In this document: piece by piece, positions 1-12,300 of the stretch
Layout of the letters: each line of letters starts with the position of its first letter
How positions within the stretch are numbered: the first letter of the stretch is position 1
NCBI GenBank assembly: GCA_019117485.1
Contig: DWZQ01000028.1
Coordinates: 20,555 to 84,554 of the forward strand
Length of the DNA stretch: 64,000 bases
Source of the DNA: Candidatus Agathobaculum intestinipullorum
GTDB taxonomy: Bacteria > Bacillota > Clostridia > Oscillospirales > Butyricicoccaceae
Direction: 5' to 3'
Notes under the pieces: model-generated
Database searches by the model: none
What the model was told of the DNA's origin: nothing
Seen by the model: only the letters and a program-made list of their open reading frames with translations
Translations under genes and position numbers: made by a program

Positions 1-547
1 ACACGCTTTCGGGCATCAAAACGCTCGAGCTGACTGTCAGGGACGGTAAAATGCTGTCCGCCCGCGTCGATATGGGTGCGGCGATCCTGAAACCCGCCGA
101 CATTCCGGTCGATCTGGAGGGCGAAACCGTAATCGGCGCGCCGCTGGTCGTCGACGAAAAGGTCTACCACATCACCTGTGTTTCCATGGGTAACCCGCAC
201 TGCGTTATCTTCCTCGATGAGGACATCGACGGGCTTGACCTGACACGGCTCGGCCCCAAGTTTGAGCACCACAGCCTGTTCCCCGAGCGCGTTAACACCG
301 AGTTTGTCAATGTCCTGCCGGACGGCACGCTCAAGATGCGCGTGTGGGAGCGCGGCTCAGGCGAAACTTGGGCCTGCGGCACAGGCGCATGCGCCGTCGG
401 CGTGGCCGCAGTGCTGACCGGACGGGCAAAAAAAGATGAGGATATCACCGTACACCTGCGCGGCGGCGACCTGACCGTGCGCTACACCGACCAGACCGTG
501 TTCATGACGGGCGCGGCCACCACCGTATTTAAGGGGGAAATCGAGTT

Positions 548-551
<4 letters not shown>
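1..551 (+). CDS. dapF: diaminopimelate epimerase, C-terminal part (5' end lies upstream of the window)
   Basis: The ORF is open to the window edge. The translation carries GNPHCVIF and [16 protein letters not shown], the second catalytic Cys region of DapF. Stop TGA 549-551 overlaps the pyrG ATG (ATGA). Confidence 0.9.
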
Positions 552-2150
<1,599 letters not shown>

Positions 2151-2164
<14 letters not shown>

Positions 2165-3329
2165 GCACTTTGACGATCTGGAGCAGAGCTACCTGTTCTC
2201 CACGATCGCCCGCAAGGTAAACGAATATTCCGCCGCCCACCCGGAGGCTGACATCATCCGCCTCGGCATTGGCGACGTCACCCGCCCGCTCGTGCCTGCC
2301 GTTATCGACGCGCTGCACGCAGCGGTCGACGATCAGGCCAAGCAGGAGACCTTCCACGGCTACGGCGACGAGCAGGGTTACGGCTTCCTGCACGAAGCGC
2401 TCGTCGGTTACTACAAGACCCATGGCGTAGACCTCAACACCAACGAGATCTTTATTTCGGACGGTGCCAAGAGCGACCTCGGCAACATCCTTGATATCTT
2501 CGGCGCGGACAATACCGTGCTCATCCCTGACCCGGTTTACCCAGTGTATGTCGACACCAATGTCATGGCGGGCCGCAAGGTCATGTTCATGGATGCCACC
2601 GCAGAAAACGGCTTCCTGCCGCTGCCGGATGCATCGGTGCATGCTGATATCATCTATCTCTGCTCGCCCAACAACCCGACCGGCGCGGCCTACGACCGTG
2701 CAGGCCTGAAGGCTTGGGTCGACTATGCCAACGCCAACAATGCTGTTATCCTGTTTGACGCAGCATATGAGTGCTTCATCGAGGATGAAAACCTGCCCCA
2801 TTCGATCTTTGAGATCGAAGGCGCCAAGACCTGCGCGATTGAGTTCTGCTCGTTCTCCAAGATGGCGGGCTTTACCGGCACGCGCTGTGGCTGGACCGTT
2901 GTCCCGCAGGCGCTGATGGACGGCAAGCTGAACAAGATGTGGCTGCGCCGTCAGACCACCAAGTTTAACGGCGTACCCTATATCGTGCAGAAGGGCGCGG
3001 CGGCTTGCTTTACCGAGGAAGGCATGAAGCAGATCAAGGAGACCCTCGGCTACTACAAGCAGAACGCCAAGGTGCTTGCGGAAACGCTCGATTCTCTCGG
3101 CATCTGGTACACGGGCGGTAAATCCAGCCCGTATCTGTGGCTCAAGTGCCCAAACGGCATGGGCTCGTGGGACTTCTTCGACTACCTGCTCGAGAACGCC
3201 AATGTTGTCGGCACGCCGGGCGCAGGCTTTGGCAAGAACGGCGACGGCTTCTTCCGCCTGACCGCGTTCGGTGACCAGCAGCGTACGCTCGAGGCGGCCG
3301 AGCGCCTGAAAAAGCTGCTCTCCAAGTAA
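2151..3329 (+). CDS. dapL: LL-diaminopimelate aminotransferase (class I/II aminotransferase)
   Basis: 392 aa. N-terminus [14 protein letters not shown], and a PLP-lysine region [16 protein letters not shown] typical of the DapL family. Lies in the same gene string as dapF. Confidence 0.8.
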
Positions 3330-3334
3330 AATCT

Positions 3335-3365
3335 AAGGGGCTGTCCGCCGGGATAGCCCCTTTTT
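3335..3365 (+). terminator. rho-independent terminator after dapL
   Basis: The 8-bp stem AAGGGGCT/AGCCCCTT with a 12-nt loop runs into TTTTT. Confidence 0.75.
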
Positions 3366-3385
3366 GCCTGATGGGAGGAAAGCAC

Positions 3386-4033
3386 ATGGGTATTCTGTTT
3401 ACCAAGCGCTGTATACTGTGCGGTAAATTATTGCCCGCAGCCGGTACCGGTAAAGCCATGCTCTGCCCGGACTGTGCCGCCGAAGTGCGGCAGATTTACC
3501 GCTGCACCGAAATCATACATATCCCTGGTGCAGATGAATCCCTCGCGCCGCTGCTCTACAAAGGCAAAGTACGCCATGCCGTGCAGCGCTATAAATTTAA
3601 ACACCAGCAGCATTATGCAGATTGGTTTGCCGCGCAAATGCTGCCCCTGCTGGCTGAACGGCTGGATATCTGGCAGCCTGACCTGATTACGTTTATGCCG
3701 ATCGGATGGATACGCGGCCACTTCCGTGGCTATAATCAAGCTGAACTCCTCGCACAGGCAGTGGCGAAACCGTTTACCCTACCCTGCCGTGCAACACTGC
3801 GCAAGCGCGCGTTCACGCCCAAGCAGTCCGAACAGAAGGACTATGCCGCACGCCTGAAGAACGCCGAGCGCGCAATGCACCCGCTGCCAGATGTGACACT
3901 CAACGGCCAGTCTGTCGTGCTGGTGGACGATATTATCACCACCGGCGCTACGGCAGCTGCTGCCATCAAACTGCTACGCGGTATGGGAGCCGCACGGGTC
4001 TATCTACTGGCTGCCACCCGCACGCCCAAATAA
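3386..4033 (+). CDS. comFC: ComF family protein (ComFC-like phosphoribosyltransferase fold)
   Basis: N-terminal Cys pairs (CILCGK, CPDCA) and the C-terminal PRTase motif VVLVDDIITTGAT. GGGAGG lies 7 nt before ATG 3386; the ORF is open from 3371. Confidence 0.8.
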   Translation: MGILFTKRCILCGKLLPAAGTGKAMLCPDCAAEVRQIYRCTEIIHIPGADESLAPLLYKGKVRHAVQRYKFKHQQHYADWFAAQMLPLLAERLDIWQPDLITFMPIGWIRGHFRGYNQAELLAQAVAKPFTLPCRATLRKRAFTPKQSEQKDYAARLKNAERAMHPLPDVTLNGQSVVLVDDIITTGATAAAAIKLLRGMGAARVYLLAATRTPK

Positions 4034-4056
4034 GCCAAACACTTCCTCAGAAACAG

Positions 4057-4089
4057 CACAGGCGCATCCGTAAACCGGATGCGCCTGTG
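4057..4089. terminator. strong hairpin between convergent genes (bidirectional terminator)
   Basis: Perfect 14-bp stem CACAGGCGCATCCG/CGGATGCGCCTGTG with a 5-nt loop, between the comFC stop and the stop of the minus-strand membrane protein. Confidence 0.75.
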
Positions 4090-4098
4090 TCTATTGGA

Positions 4099-4590
4099 TT
4101 ACAGCATATTGACTACGCCCAGCACGCTGTGCGAAGCAATCAGCATGATGATGCCCGCCGTCACCACACCTGCCAGAATGGACAGCAACGCCTTGGTTTT
4201 GGGCATCTTGAGGATGGTCGCGATCAGCGCGCCCGACCACGCGCCTGTACCCGGCAGCGGCACCGCAACGAACAGGAACAGGCCAATGCGCGCATACTTG
4301 GTGACTTGATCGGTCTTGGACAGCAGCTTCTCTTTGTAGGCCGTAGCGAACTTCGTCAGCGGCGGCAGTGTGCACACCCAGTCAAGGATCTTCTCCCCGA
4401 AAAACAGCAGGAACGGGATCGGGATCATATTGCCCAAAATCGCCAACGGCATTACCTCGTTCCACGCCAGTCCAGCCGTGACCCCCAGCGGTACCGCACC
4501 ACGCAACTCCACCAGCGGTACCATTGAAATAATGACGACTGCCAGCTCGCGCCCCGCGCCGAGCAGCCAGTTGAACAATCCGTCAAACAT
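4099..4590 (-). CDS. small multi-drug-export-related membrane protein (COG2426-like)
   Basis: Multi-TM ORF with MVPLVELRGAVPLG near the N-terminus; the family assignment is from memory. ATG 4590 is preferred over the TTG at 4617. Confidence 0.6.
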   Translation of the reverse strand: MFDGLFNWLLGAGRELAVVIISMVPLVELRGAVPLGVTAGLAWNEVMPLAILGNMIPIPFLLFFGEKILDWVCTLPPLTKFATAYKEKLLSKTDQVTKYARIGLFLFVAVPLPGTGAWSGALIATILKMPKTKALLSILAGVVTAGIIMLIASHSVLGVVNML

Positions 4591-4677
4591 GGTTATTTCA
4601 TCCTCCAAAACGAACAAATTCTTATTTATTATACCCTATCCGCGCCTATAACGCAAGGGGTTTCTGCAAATTCCTGT

Positions 4678-4706
4678 TTGACATGCCGCCCCTGCCGGGA
4701 TATACT
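4678..4706 (+). promoter_or_regulatory. sigma-70/SigA-type promoter upstream of the PadR gene
   Basis: TTGACA (4678-4683), 17-nt spacer, TATACT (4701-4706). The inverted repeat GATAC-N13-GTATC follows in the leader. Confidence 0.5.
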
Positions 4707-4746
4707 AAGGATACATCGAAACCCGAGGTATCAGGAGGCGACCGTT

Positions 4747-5097
4747 ATGCCGCGCAGAAAGGACGATCCCGGCTTTCCGGGCAGCAACACCCTGCTGGTG
4801 CTCGCCCTGCTTGAGGACGAGGATAAATACGGCTATCAAATCATCCGTGAGCTGGAATGCCGCTCCGACCGGGCGTTTTCCATGAAGGAGGGCACGCTCT
4901 ACCCCATCCTACATGGGCTGGAAGCGCGCGGCGAAGTGCGCTCCTACGAACGTCCATCCGATGCCGGACGGATGCGCCGCTATTACCAGCTGACACGGCA
5001 AGGCGTCAAAACGCTCGCGCGCTGTCGCCGCGAGTGGGGGTCGTTCTGTAAAAAGTTCGGCAAGGTGGTCGGGGGTGAGGCATGTGTCCTCGGATGA
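4747..5097 (+). CDS. PadR family transcriptional regulator
   Basis: LLVLALLEDEDKYGYQIIRELE and EGTLYPILHGLEARG form the winged-helix PadR signature. AGGAGG lies 6-7 nt before ATG 4747. Confidence 0.85.
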   Translation: MPRRKDDPGFPGSNTLLVLALLEDEDKYGYQIIRELECRSDRAFSMKEGTLYPILHGLEARGEVRSYERPSDAGRMRRYYQLTRQGVKTLARCRREWGSFCKKFGKVVGGEACVLG

Positions 5098-5407
5098 ACG
5101 CATCGCCCGCTACCTTGACCGGGTGTGCCGCCAATTGCTCTGGCCTCCCTACCGCGCACGGGTACGACGAGAGCTGACCGACCACATTCTGAGCCGTGTG
5201 GAATACCTGACGCAAGAGCGCGGTGTCCCGCTGGACGAGGCCTTGGACACCGCCTTGCAATCACTCGGCGACCCGGATGAACTCGGCCGCAGCCTGCGGC
5301 AGGCGCGTTTCCCGCTCAGCTACCTATTCTGTCTGCTGCTGACCTGCATTGTATGGGCGGGCATTGCCGCCTGCGCGGTCTACCTGTTATTATATCTACT
5401 CCCCTAA
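5075..5407 (+). CDS. PadR-associated membrane-anchored protein (helical N-domain plus one C-terminal TM)
   Basis: GTG start overlaps the PadR stop by 23 nt. A soluble helical region (IARYLDRVCRQL...LGDPDELGRSL) is followed by the hydrophobic tail LFCLLLTCIVWAGIAACAVYLLLYLL. Confidence 0.5.
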   Translation: MRHVSSDERIARYLDRVCRQLLWPPYRARVRRELTDHILSRVEYLTQERGVPLDEALDTALQSLGDPDELGRSLRQARFPLSYLFCLLLTCIVWAGIAACAVYLLLYLLP

Positions 5408-5448
5408 AAAGCGTTCCGCCGGGCCACCGCCATGCAGAACGCTTTTTT
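5407..5448. terminator. bidirectional terminator
   Basis: Stem AAAAGCGTTC/GAACGCTTTT (10 bp) with an A-run and a T-run on either side, between convergent genes. Confidence 0.65.
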
Positions 5449-5453
5449 CATGC

Positions 5454-6980
5454 TCACAGCAGCGGTGCAAACAGGCGCAACACGCTTGCTGCAATCGATT
5501 GCAACCATGGCACTTTACGCAGCCACGCCTCGCCGATCTGCCGGCTGACGTTAATAGTCTCCAGCACATCCTGCTTGACCGCTGCCACAACCGAACTGTA
5601 ATAAAAGCAGGTGGCACATTCAAAGTGCAGGAAAAAAGATCGGAAATCCATGTTGATCGTGCCGACCACAGCGATATCGTCATCCGAAACGATGCATTTG
5701 CCGTGCAGGAATCCCGGACGGTATTCATAAATCTTCACACCCGCGCGGTGTAACTGCTGATAATACGACCGTGTGATCATATACACCAGCTTTTTGTCCG
5801 GAATGCCGGGTGTCAGGATGCGTACATCCACGCCCGACTGCGCCGCAATGGTGAGCGCTGTGATCATCTCATTATCCAATACCAAATAGGGCGTGGTGAT
5901 ATAGACATACCGCCGCGCATTATGAATGATCTGCAAATAAAGCGACTCACCGATGTTCAGATCATCCAGCGGCGAATCCGCGAAGGGCTGTACAAACCCA
6001 TCCGGCGGCAACTTAGTCGTAGGCAGATAGTCATCCAGCGGCGGCACCGACTCCCCCGTCACATATTCCCACATCTGCAGGAACAGCGAGGTCATGTTAA
6101 CCGTGCCCTCACCGCGCAGCATGATGCCCATGTCCTTCCAATGCCCAAAGCGCACCTTTTCATTGATATACTCATCGGCCAGATTGATGCCGCCCATATA
6201 GCCGACATTACCGTCAATAATCATCATCTTACGGTGATTGCGGTAATTAAGGTAGGTGTTAAGCGTGGGCACAAAGCGGTTGAACCGTACCGCACGGATC
6301 CCCAGCGAGGCCAGATATCGGTCGTAACTTGGCGGCAACGTAGTGATCGAGCCAACGTCATCGTACAACACCCGCACGTCCAGCCCCTGCTGCGCCTTGC
6401 GCTTGAGGATATCGAGGATAGTATCCCACATCACGCCCTCTTCAATGATAAAATACTCCAAAAAGATAAATTTGCGCGCGCGCGCAAGCTCCTCGCACAT
6501 GGAGGCAAACATTTCCTCACCCAAACGGAAATAATGCGCTTCGGTATTTGTCCAAACCGGCATACCATCCAACGCATCAATATAGCGCGCACAACATGCG
6601 TGGCGCGGATATCGGTTGGCAAACTGCTCGGTTACCGGCAGGCGCATATAATCGCTGAAATCCGGCGGACTTGGCTCATATTTATGCTGCGTGCGCGCAC
6701 GGTTGAACGGCGTATTGCCCCAAAGCAGGTAAAACAGACCGCCAAACAACGGCAGCAACAGAATAACGATAATCCATGTGATCTTATAGGTTGGATTATC
6801 ATATTTACGCACCAGCCAGATGACGATGATCACGCTCAACACGGTCAGCAGATGCGGCACCAAGCTCCATCGTCCGCTCATCCAGCCCAGACAGAACATG
6901 ACAACGACCAGCTGCAACACCAGCAGGAAACCGCCGACGACGCGCCGGTCACCCAGCAAACGGCCAATAACCCTGCGCAT
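5454..6980 (-). CDS. cls: cardiolipin synthase (two PLD/HKD domains)
   Basis: 508 aa. N-terminal TM helices and two HKD motifs (HRKMMIIDGNVGYMGGINL and LHGKCIVSDDDIAVVGTINMD). AAAGGAG RBS before the ATG. Confidence 0.9.
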   Translation of the reverse strand: MRRVIGRLLGDRRVVGGFLLVLQLVVVMFCLGWMSGRWSLVPHLLTVLSVIIVIWLVRKYDNPTYKITWIIVILLLPLFGGLFYLLWGNTPFNRARTQHKYEPSPPDFSDYMRLPVTEQFANRYPRHACCARYIDALDGMPVWTNTEAHYFRLGEEMFASMCEELARARKFIFLEYFIIEEGVMWDTILDILKRKAQQGLDVRVLYDDVGSITTLPPSYDRYLASLGIRAVRFNRFVPTLNTYLNYRNHRKMMIIDGNVGYMGGINLADEYINEKVRFGHWKDMGIMLRGEGTVNMTSLFLQMWEYVTGESVPPLDDYLPTTKLPPDGFVQPFADSPLDDLNIGESLYLQIIHNARRYVYITTPYLVLDNEMITALTIAAQSGVDVRILTPGIPDKKLVYMITRSYYQQLHRAGVKIYEYRPGFLHGKCIVSDDDIAVVGTINMDFRSFFLHFECATCFYYSSVVAAVKQDVLETINVSRQIGEAWLRKVPWLQSIAASVLRLFAPLL

Positions 6981-7119
6981 AACCGACTCCTTTCAACGAT
7001 TTTTTCACACATATCATGATACCGCACCATTTTGCAAAAGTCAATGCGTACACATTGCCCTTAGCGCAATTCTGTGATAAGATAACATACAGAAACTTCA
7101 AAAAATGGAGGTCGAAAGC

Positions 7120-8316
7120 ATGCCCCATACCCCTGTGCCTGCCGACGAACTGTCGGCCCGCCTTACACGCCTGCGCTGTGCTATGTCCCAGCGCGACCCC
7201 GACTGGTCCATGATTATTCTGGACAATAAAATCGACCTGTATTACTTCACCGGCACCATGCAGGAAGGTGCGCTTGTCGTCACCCCACAGCAGGCCGTTC
7301 TGTTCGTTCGCCGCTCGTTCGATTGCGCACGTCAGGAATCGCTGTTTGCGGATATCCGCCCGCTGGGCAGTTTCCGCAGCATTGCCGAGGCGTTCCCTTC
7401 TATCCCGGCATCCGTCTATGTCGCGGCCCGCACCATGACGCTGCAAAAGCTGACGCTGCTGCAAAAATATCTGCCGTTCACCCCACGTCCGGTCGATGAT
7501 GTGCTATCCGGGCTGCGCGCAGTGAAAAGCCCTTACGAACTGGATTGCATGCGCCGTGCCGGCGCGCTGCATCAGCAGGTGCTCGAAGAAGTTGCGCCCG
7601 CGCTGCTGCGCTCCGGTGTGAGCGAAGCACGTCTGTGCAGCGAAATCTCCGTGGCTATGCTCGACCGCGGCGCGATGGGCATTTCCCGCTTTAACCAGCC
7701 CGCTGCGGAGGACGTGTTGGGCGTAGCCAGCTTCAGCGAAAACAGCCTGCGCGCCGCCGCGCTGGACAGCCCTTCCGGCACAGTGGGCACCTGCATTGCC
7801 ATGAAATCCATCGGTTCGTCCGCCCGCGCGCTGCGTCAGGGCGACACCGTGCTGCTCGACATCCCCTGCGGCATGTACGGCTATCACACGGATAAGAGCA
7901 TCACATTTTATTATGGTTCGCTGCGCGACCACCCGCAGAGCGACCTGATCCGTGAAGCGCGCGCGCAATGTGTATTCCTTGAACACGAAGCCGCTGCCAT
8001 GCTGCGCCCGGGTGCTGTCCCGTCCGAAGTATACGAAAAGCTGCTCGCCTGCGTCGACCCCGCTTTCCGCAACGGCTTTATGAACGCCTGCAAATTCATC
8101 GGCCATTCTATCGGCCTGACAATGGACGAAACCCCAGTACTTGCGCGCGGCTTCAACAGTCCGCTTACCGCCGGCATGACGCTGGCCGTCGAGCCCAAGA
8201 TCGCGCTAGAAGGCATCGGTCTGATCGGCTGCGAGAACACCTATGAAATCGTGTCCGATGGTCCGGCCCGTTCGCTGACCGGCGCATGCGACACGCCGTT
8301 TGAAATCACCGGCTGA
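7120..8316 (+). CDS. M24 family metallopeptidase (Xaa-Pro aminopeptidase-like)
   Basis: Creatinase-like N-domain plus a pita-bread C-domain (DIPCGMYGYHTDKSITF, GHSIGLTMDE, LAVEPK, ENTYEI). GGAGG lies 8 nt before ATG 7120. Confidence 0.8.
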   Translation: MPHTPVPADELSARLTRLRCAMSQRDPDWSMIILDNKIDLYYFTGTMQEGALVVTPQQAVLFVRRSFDCARQESLFADIRPLGSFRSIAEAFPSIPASVYVAARTMTLQKLTLLQKYLPFTPRPVDDVLSGLRAVKSPYELDCMRRAGALHQQVLEEVAPALLRSGVSEARLCSEISVAMLDRGAMGISRFNQPAAEDVLGVASFSENSLRAAALDSPSGTVGTCIAMKSIGSSARALRQGDTVLLDIPCGMYGYHTDKSITFYYGSLRDHPQSDLIREARAQCVFLEHEAAAMLRPGAVPSEVYEKLLACVDPAFRNGFMNACKFIGHSIGLTMDETPVLARGFNSPLTAGMTLAVEPKIALEGIGLIGCENTYEIVSDGPARSLTGACDTPFEITG

Positions 8317-8338
8317 CCCAGCCGGAAAGGAGCATCCT

Positions 8339-9208
8339 ATGCACTCATTTACCCTGATTACCGATTCAACTATCGACGAAACCGCCGACTATTTCGAAAA
8401 GAATAACATCAAATGCGTACCCCTTTCCTTTACCATTGACGAACGCACCATAGAAGAGGACTGTGGGCAAACGGTCTCGTTCCACCAGTTCTACGACTTG
8501 CTTCGCCAAGGCAAGCTGTCGAGCACGGCACAGGCCAAGCTCGACACCTTCTTGCGCGTATTCCGCGAAACGTTGGATGCCGGACAAGATCTGCTGTATA
8601 TCGGCTTTTCCTCCGGCCTGTCCGGGACATTCCAGGCCGGATGTATGGCCCGTGACGAACTTGCACCGCTTTACCCCGACCGCAAAATCTTTTGCGTTGA
8701 CTCGCTTTCTGCTACAGGCGGCGAATACCTGCTGGTAGACAAGGCGCGTGAAATGCGCGACAGCGGCTGCACCGTCGAAGTCACGGCGGCAGCTATCGAG
8801 CAGATGCGCCTGCATGTCATCCATCTGGTCACGGTGGACGATTTGGCCCATCTGCACCGCGGCGGCCGCCTGAGCAAAACTTCGGCCGTAGTCGGCAGCC
8901 TGTTAGGCATCAAGCCGCTGATCTGGGTCAACGACGAAGGCAAGCTCGAGGTCTGCGGCAAAGTGCGCGGCCGTCAGAAGGCAATTCGCTATCTGGCTGA
9001 ACGCACGTTACGCGAGATGACGGACAAAAATCAGGTTGTCCGCATCGGCCACGGCGACTGCATGGACGACGCCCAGACATTGGCCGACCTGCTGGGACGC
9101 AGCGGCGTGCGTTCGGATATCCGCTATATCGGCACCGTAATCGGCTCGCACACCGGCCCCGGCGTACTGACGACCTTTTTCTTTGGCGGCGACCGCAAGC
9201 CTGAATAA
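8339..9208 (+). CDS. DegV family fatty-acid-binding protein
   Basis: FTLITDSTIDE N-terminus, GFSSGLSGT motif and TVIGSHTGPG near the C-terminus. AAAGGAG lies before ATG 8339. Confidence 0.9.
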   Translation: MHSFTLITDSTIDETADYFEKNNIKCVPLSFTIDERTIEEDCGQTVSFHQFYDLLRQGKLSSTAQAKLDTFLRVFRETLDAGQDLLYIGFSSGLSGTFQAGCMARDELAPLYPDRKIFCVDSLSATGGEYLLVDKAREMRDSGCTVEVTAAAIEQMRLHVIHLVTVDDLAHLHRGGRLSKTSAVVGSLLGIKPLIWVNDEGKLEVCGKVRGRQKAIRYLAERTLREMTDKNQVVRIGHGDCMDDAQTLADLLGRSGVRSDIRYIGTVIGSHTGPGVLTTFFFGGDRKPE

Positions 9209-9240
9209 ACCCAGCGGCGACGCTTCTCTTCATAAAGCAA

Positions 9241-9278
9241 AAGCCCCCTCATGCAGCCATAGCTGCATGAGGGGGCTT
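9241..9278. terminator. bidirectional terminator between degV and the PFOR gene
   Basis: Perfect 17-bp stem AAGCCCCCTCATGCAGC/GCTGCATGAGGGGGCTT with a 4-nt loop. Confidence 0.8.
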
Positions 9279-9352
9279 TGCCTTGCCACGTTACTACGAT
9301 ATAAGAAAGAGGTTTATCGTTGTTTCATCGGGTATGACACCCTGCCCTCTAA

Positions 9353-12300
9353 TTAAAGGGCATTGTCCGCCATGCGACGGTACTTGGCGTAACGCGCCTT
9401 GATATCGGCTACTGCCTTCTCATACAGCGCATCCGCACGATCCGGGAAGTTATTCTTCAGGGATGCGAAGCGGTTCTCGCCCATCAGGTAATCCATCAGC
9501 TTGCTGGTGTCCGGCTCAGGAGAATCGAGCTGGAAGGGGTTCTTGCCCTCGGCTACCAGACGCGGGTCATAGCGGTAAAGCTGCCAGTAACCACACTCGA
9601 CTGCCTTCTTCATCTCCGTCTGGGTGCAGCTCATACCAGCCTTGATGTGCTGCTCGAGGCACGGGCAGTACGCAATGATAATGGACGGGCCCGGATAAGC
9701 CTCAGCCTCACGGATCGCCTTGAGCGTCTGCGCCTGATCGTAACCAATCGCAACCTGTGCGACGTAGACATAGCCATAGTTCATGAAGATCGCGCCCAGA
9801 TCCTTCTTGGCGATCTGCTTGCCGCCGGAGGCGAACTTAGCAACCGCCGCGGTCGGGGTCGCCTTGGAGGACTGGCCACCGGTATTGGAGTAAACCTCGG
9901 TATCAAGCACAAGCAGGTTGACATCCTGATTCTGCGCGAGGACATGGTCGATACCGCCGAAGCCGATATCGTATGCCCAGCCGTCGCCACCGATTGCCCA
10001 AACGGACTTCTTGGCCAGGAACTCCTTGTTATCGAGAACATACGCGACATCCTCAGTCTGCTCGGCCTGCTCGAGCGCTGCAATCAGTGCATCGGAAACC
10101 GCACGGGACTTGTCGCGGTCGTCCCAATCAGCCAGATATGCATTCACTGCATCAACCGCCACACCGGCTTCACGCAGCGCCTCAAGACGCACGATGATCT
10201 CCTTGCGGATTGCGTCCTGCGCGTGATAGAAGCCAAACGCAAACTCGGCGTTATCCTCAAACAGGGAGTGCTCCCATGCTGGGCCAAAACCGCGGCAGTC
10301 GCGGCAGTACGGCAGGATCGGTGCGCCGCCGCTGTATGCAGACGAGCAGCCTGCCGCGTTACCCGCGTACATATGATCGCCCACCAGCTGGCTAACCAGC
10401 TTGAGGTACGTGGTCTCCGCGCAGCCTGCGCAAGCCGCCGAGAACTGGAAGTACGGCTTGGAGAACTGGATGGACTTCATATTCTTGTCGCTGATGACAT
10501 CCGGCTTGAGATACTTCTCGTCCATTGCGACCTTGTCGAAATTCTCCTGCTCGGGCTTCATCGCTTCGAACGGAGTCATGGTCAGCGCGCCCTCGACCGG
10601 GCACGCCGTCAGGCACACGCCGCAGCCCAGGCAGTCATACGGCGACACCTGCATGCGGTACTGGTACGCCGGTGCATCCTTGCCCAAGCCCTTGGCCGGT
10701 AACGTCTCGAAGGAAGCAGGTACGCCCGCCTTCTCCTCCTCGGTCAGCAGCACCGGACGGATTGCCGCGTGCGGACAGGTTGCGGCACAGCGGTTGCACT
10801 GCGCACACTTGCTGCCATCCCACTTCGGCACCTTGATGGCGACGCCGCGCTTCGCATAGGCAGACGTGCCGTTCTCCCAAGTCCCGTCGAGTACGCCGTA
10901 CTTCTGGAACACAGAAACAGGCAGCTTGTCGCCCTGCTGGCGGTCCATCGGCAGCACAATATCCTTGACGAACGGGGTCGCATCAACCTCAGCCACCGGC
11001 GTATCGGCAGCGTCCGCCCAGCTGGCCGGGATATCCACCTTGACGGCTGCACTAATGCCAACATCAACCGCCTGATTGTTCAAGTCGACGATCTTCTGGC
11101 CAGCCTTCTTGAAGTAAGAGTTGTAGTTGTTCTTCTTCATATCCTCGACTGCAACATCCAGCGGGATAACCTTGGTCAGCGCAAAGAACGCCGCCTGCAG
11201 GATGCTGTTGGTGCGCTTGCCCAGACCAATCTCACCGGCAAGCTTGACCGCGTCGATGATGTAGAACTGCGCATGCTTGCGCGCGAGGTCGCGCTTGACC
11301 TTGCCCGGCAGGCGATCCTCCAGCTCGTCCACACTCCACGCACAGTTGAGCAGGTAGATACCGCCGTCCTTCAAATCCTCGGTGGTGTCGTACTTGCTGA
11401 CATAGGTCGGCGCATGTACAGCCACAAAGTCCGCAGCAGAAACCAGATAGGTGGACTGAATCGGCTCGTCACCGAAGCGCAGGTGCGACTGCGTCAGACC
11501 GCCGGACTTCATCGAGTCGTAGGAGAAATATGCCTGCGCATACTTGTCCGCCGTCAGGCCGATGGTCGTGATCGCGTTCTTGTTTGCACCGACCGTACCG
11601 TCGCCGCCAAGACCCCACAGCTTGCAGGAAACCTGACCCGGATGCGGCATCTCAACTTCCTTGTAGTCGAGCGAGGTATAAGTAACGTCATCGTTGATGC
11701 CGATGGTGAAGTTGTTCTTCGGCTCGTCCTTGGCGAGGTTATCATATACCGCGATCAGCTGGCCGGGCGTAGTGTCCTTAGAGGACAGGCCGTAACGGCC
11801 GCCAACAATGCGGATGTCTCCGCGGCCCGCCTGATTGAGTGCGGTGCACACATCGAGGTAAACCGGCTCGCCGACCGAGCCAACTTCCTTGGAGCGGTCG
11901 AGAACGGCGATCTTTTTGCAGGTTGCCGGGATAGCAGCTGCAAAGTGCTTGACCGAGAACGGGCGGTACAGGTGGATCTGCACCATACCGACCTTGCGGC
12001 CATGCGCGTTGAGGTAGTCAACAGTTTCCTTGAGTGCCTCGGATGCCGAGCACATCACGACGATGACTTCCTCCGCGTCTTCCGCGCCGTAGTAATTGAA
12101 CAGCTGGTAGTTGCGGCCGGTGATCTTGTTGATCTCGTGCATGTAGTGCTCAACCGTCTCGGGCACAGTCGCGCTCTTGACGTTCGCGCCTTCCTTGCAC
12201 TGGAAGTAGATATCCGGGTTGACATTGTTACCGCGATTGGTCGGGTGCTCCGGATTGAGCGAATTGTGGCGGAAGTCACGCAGCGCGTCGTAGTCGATCA

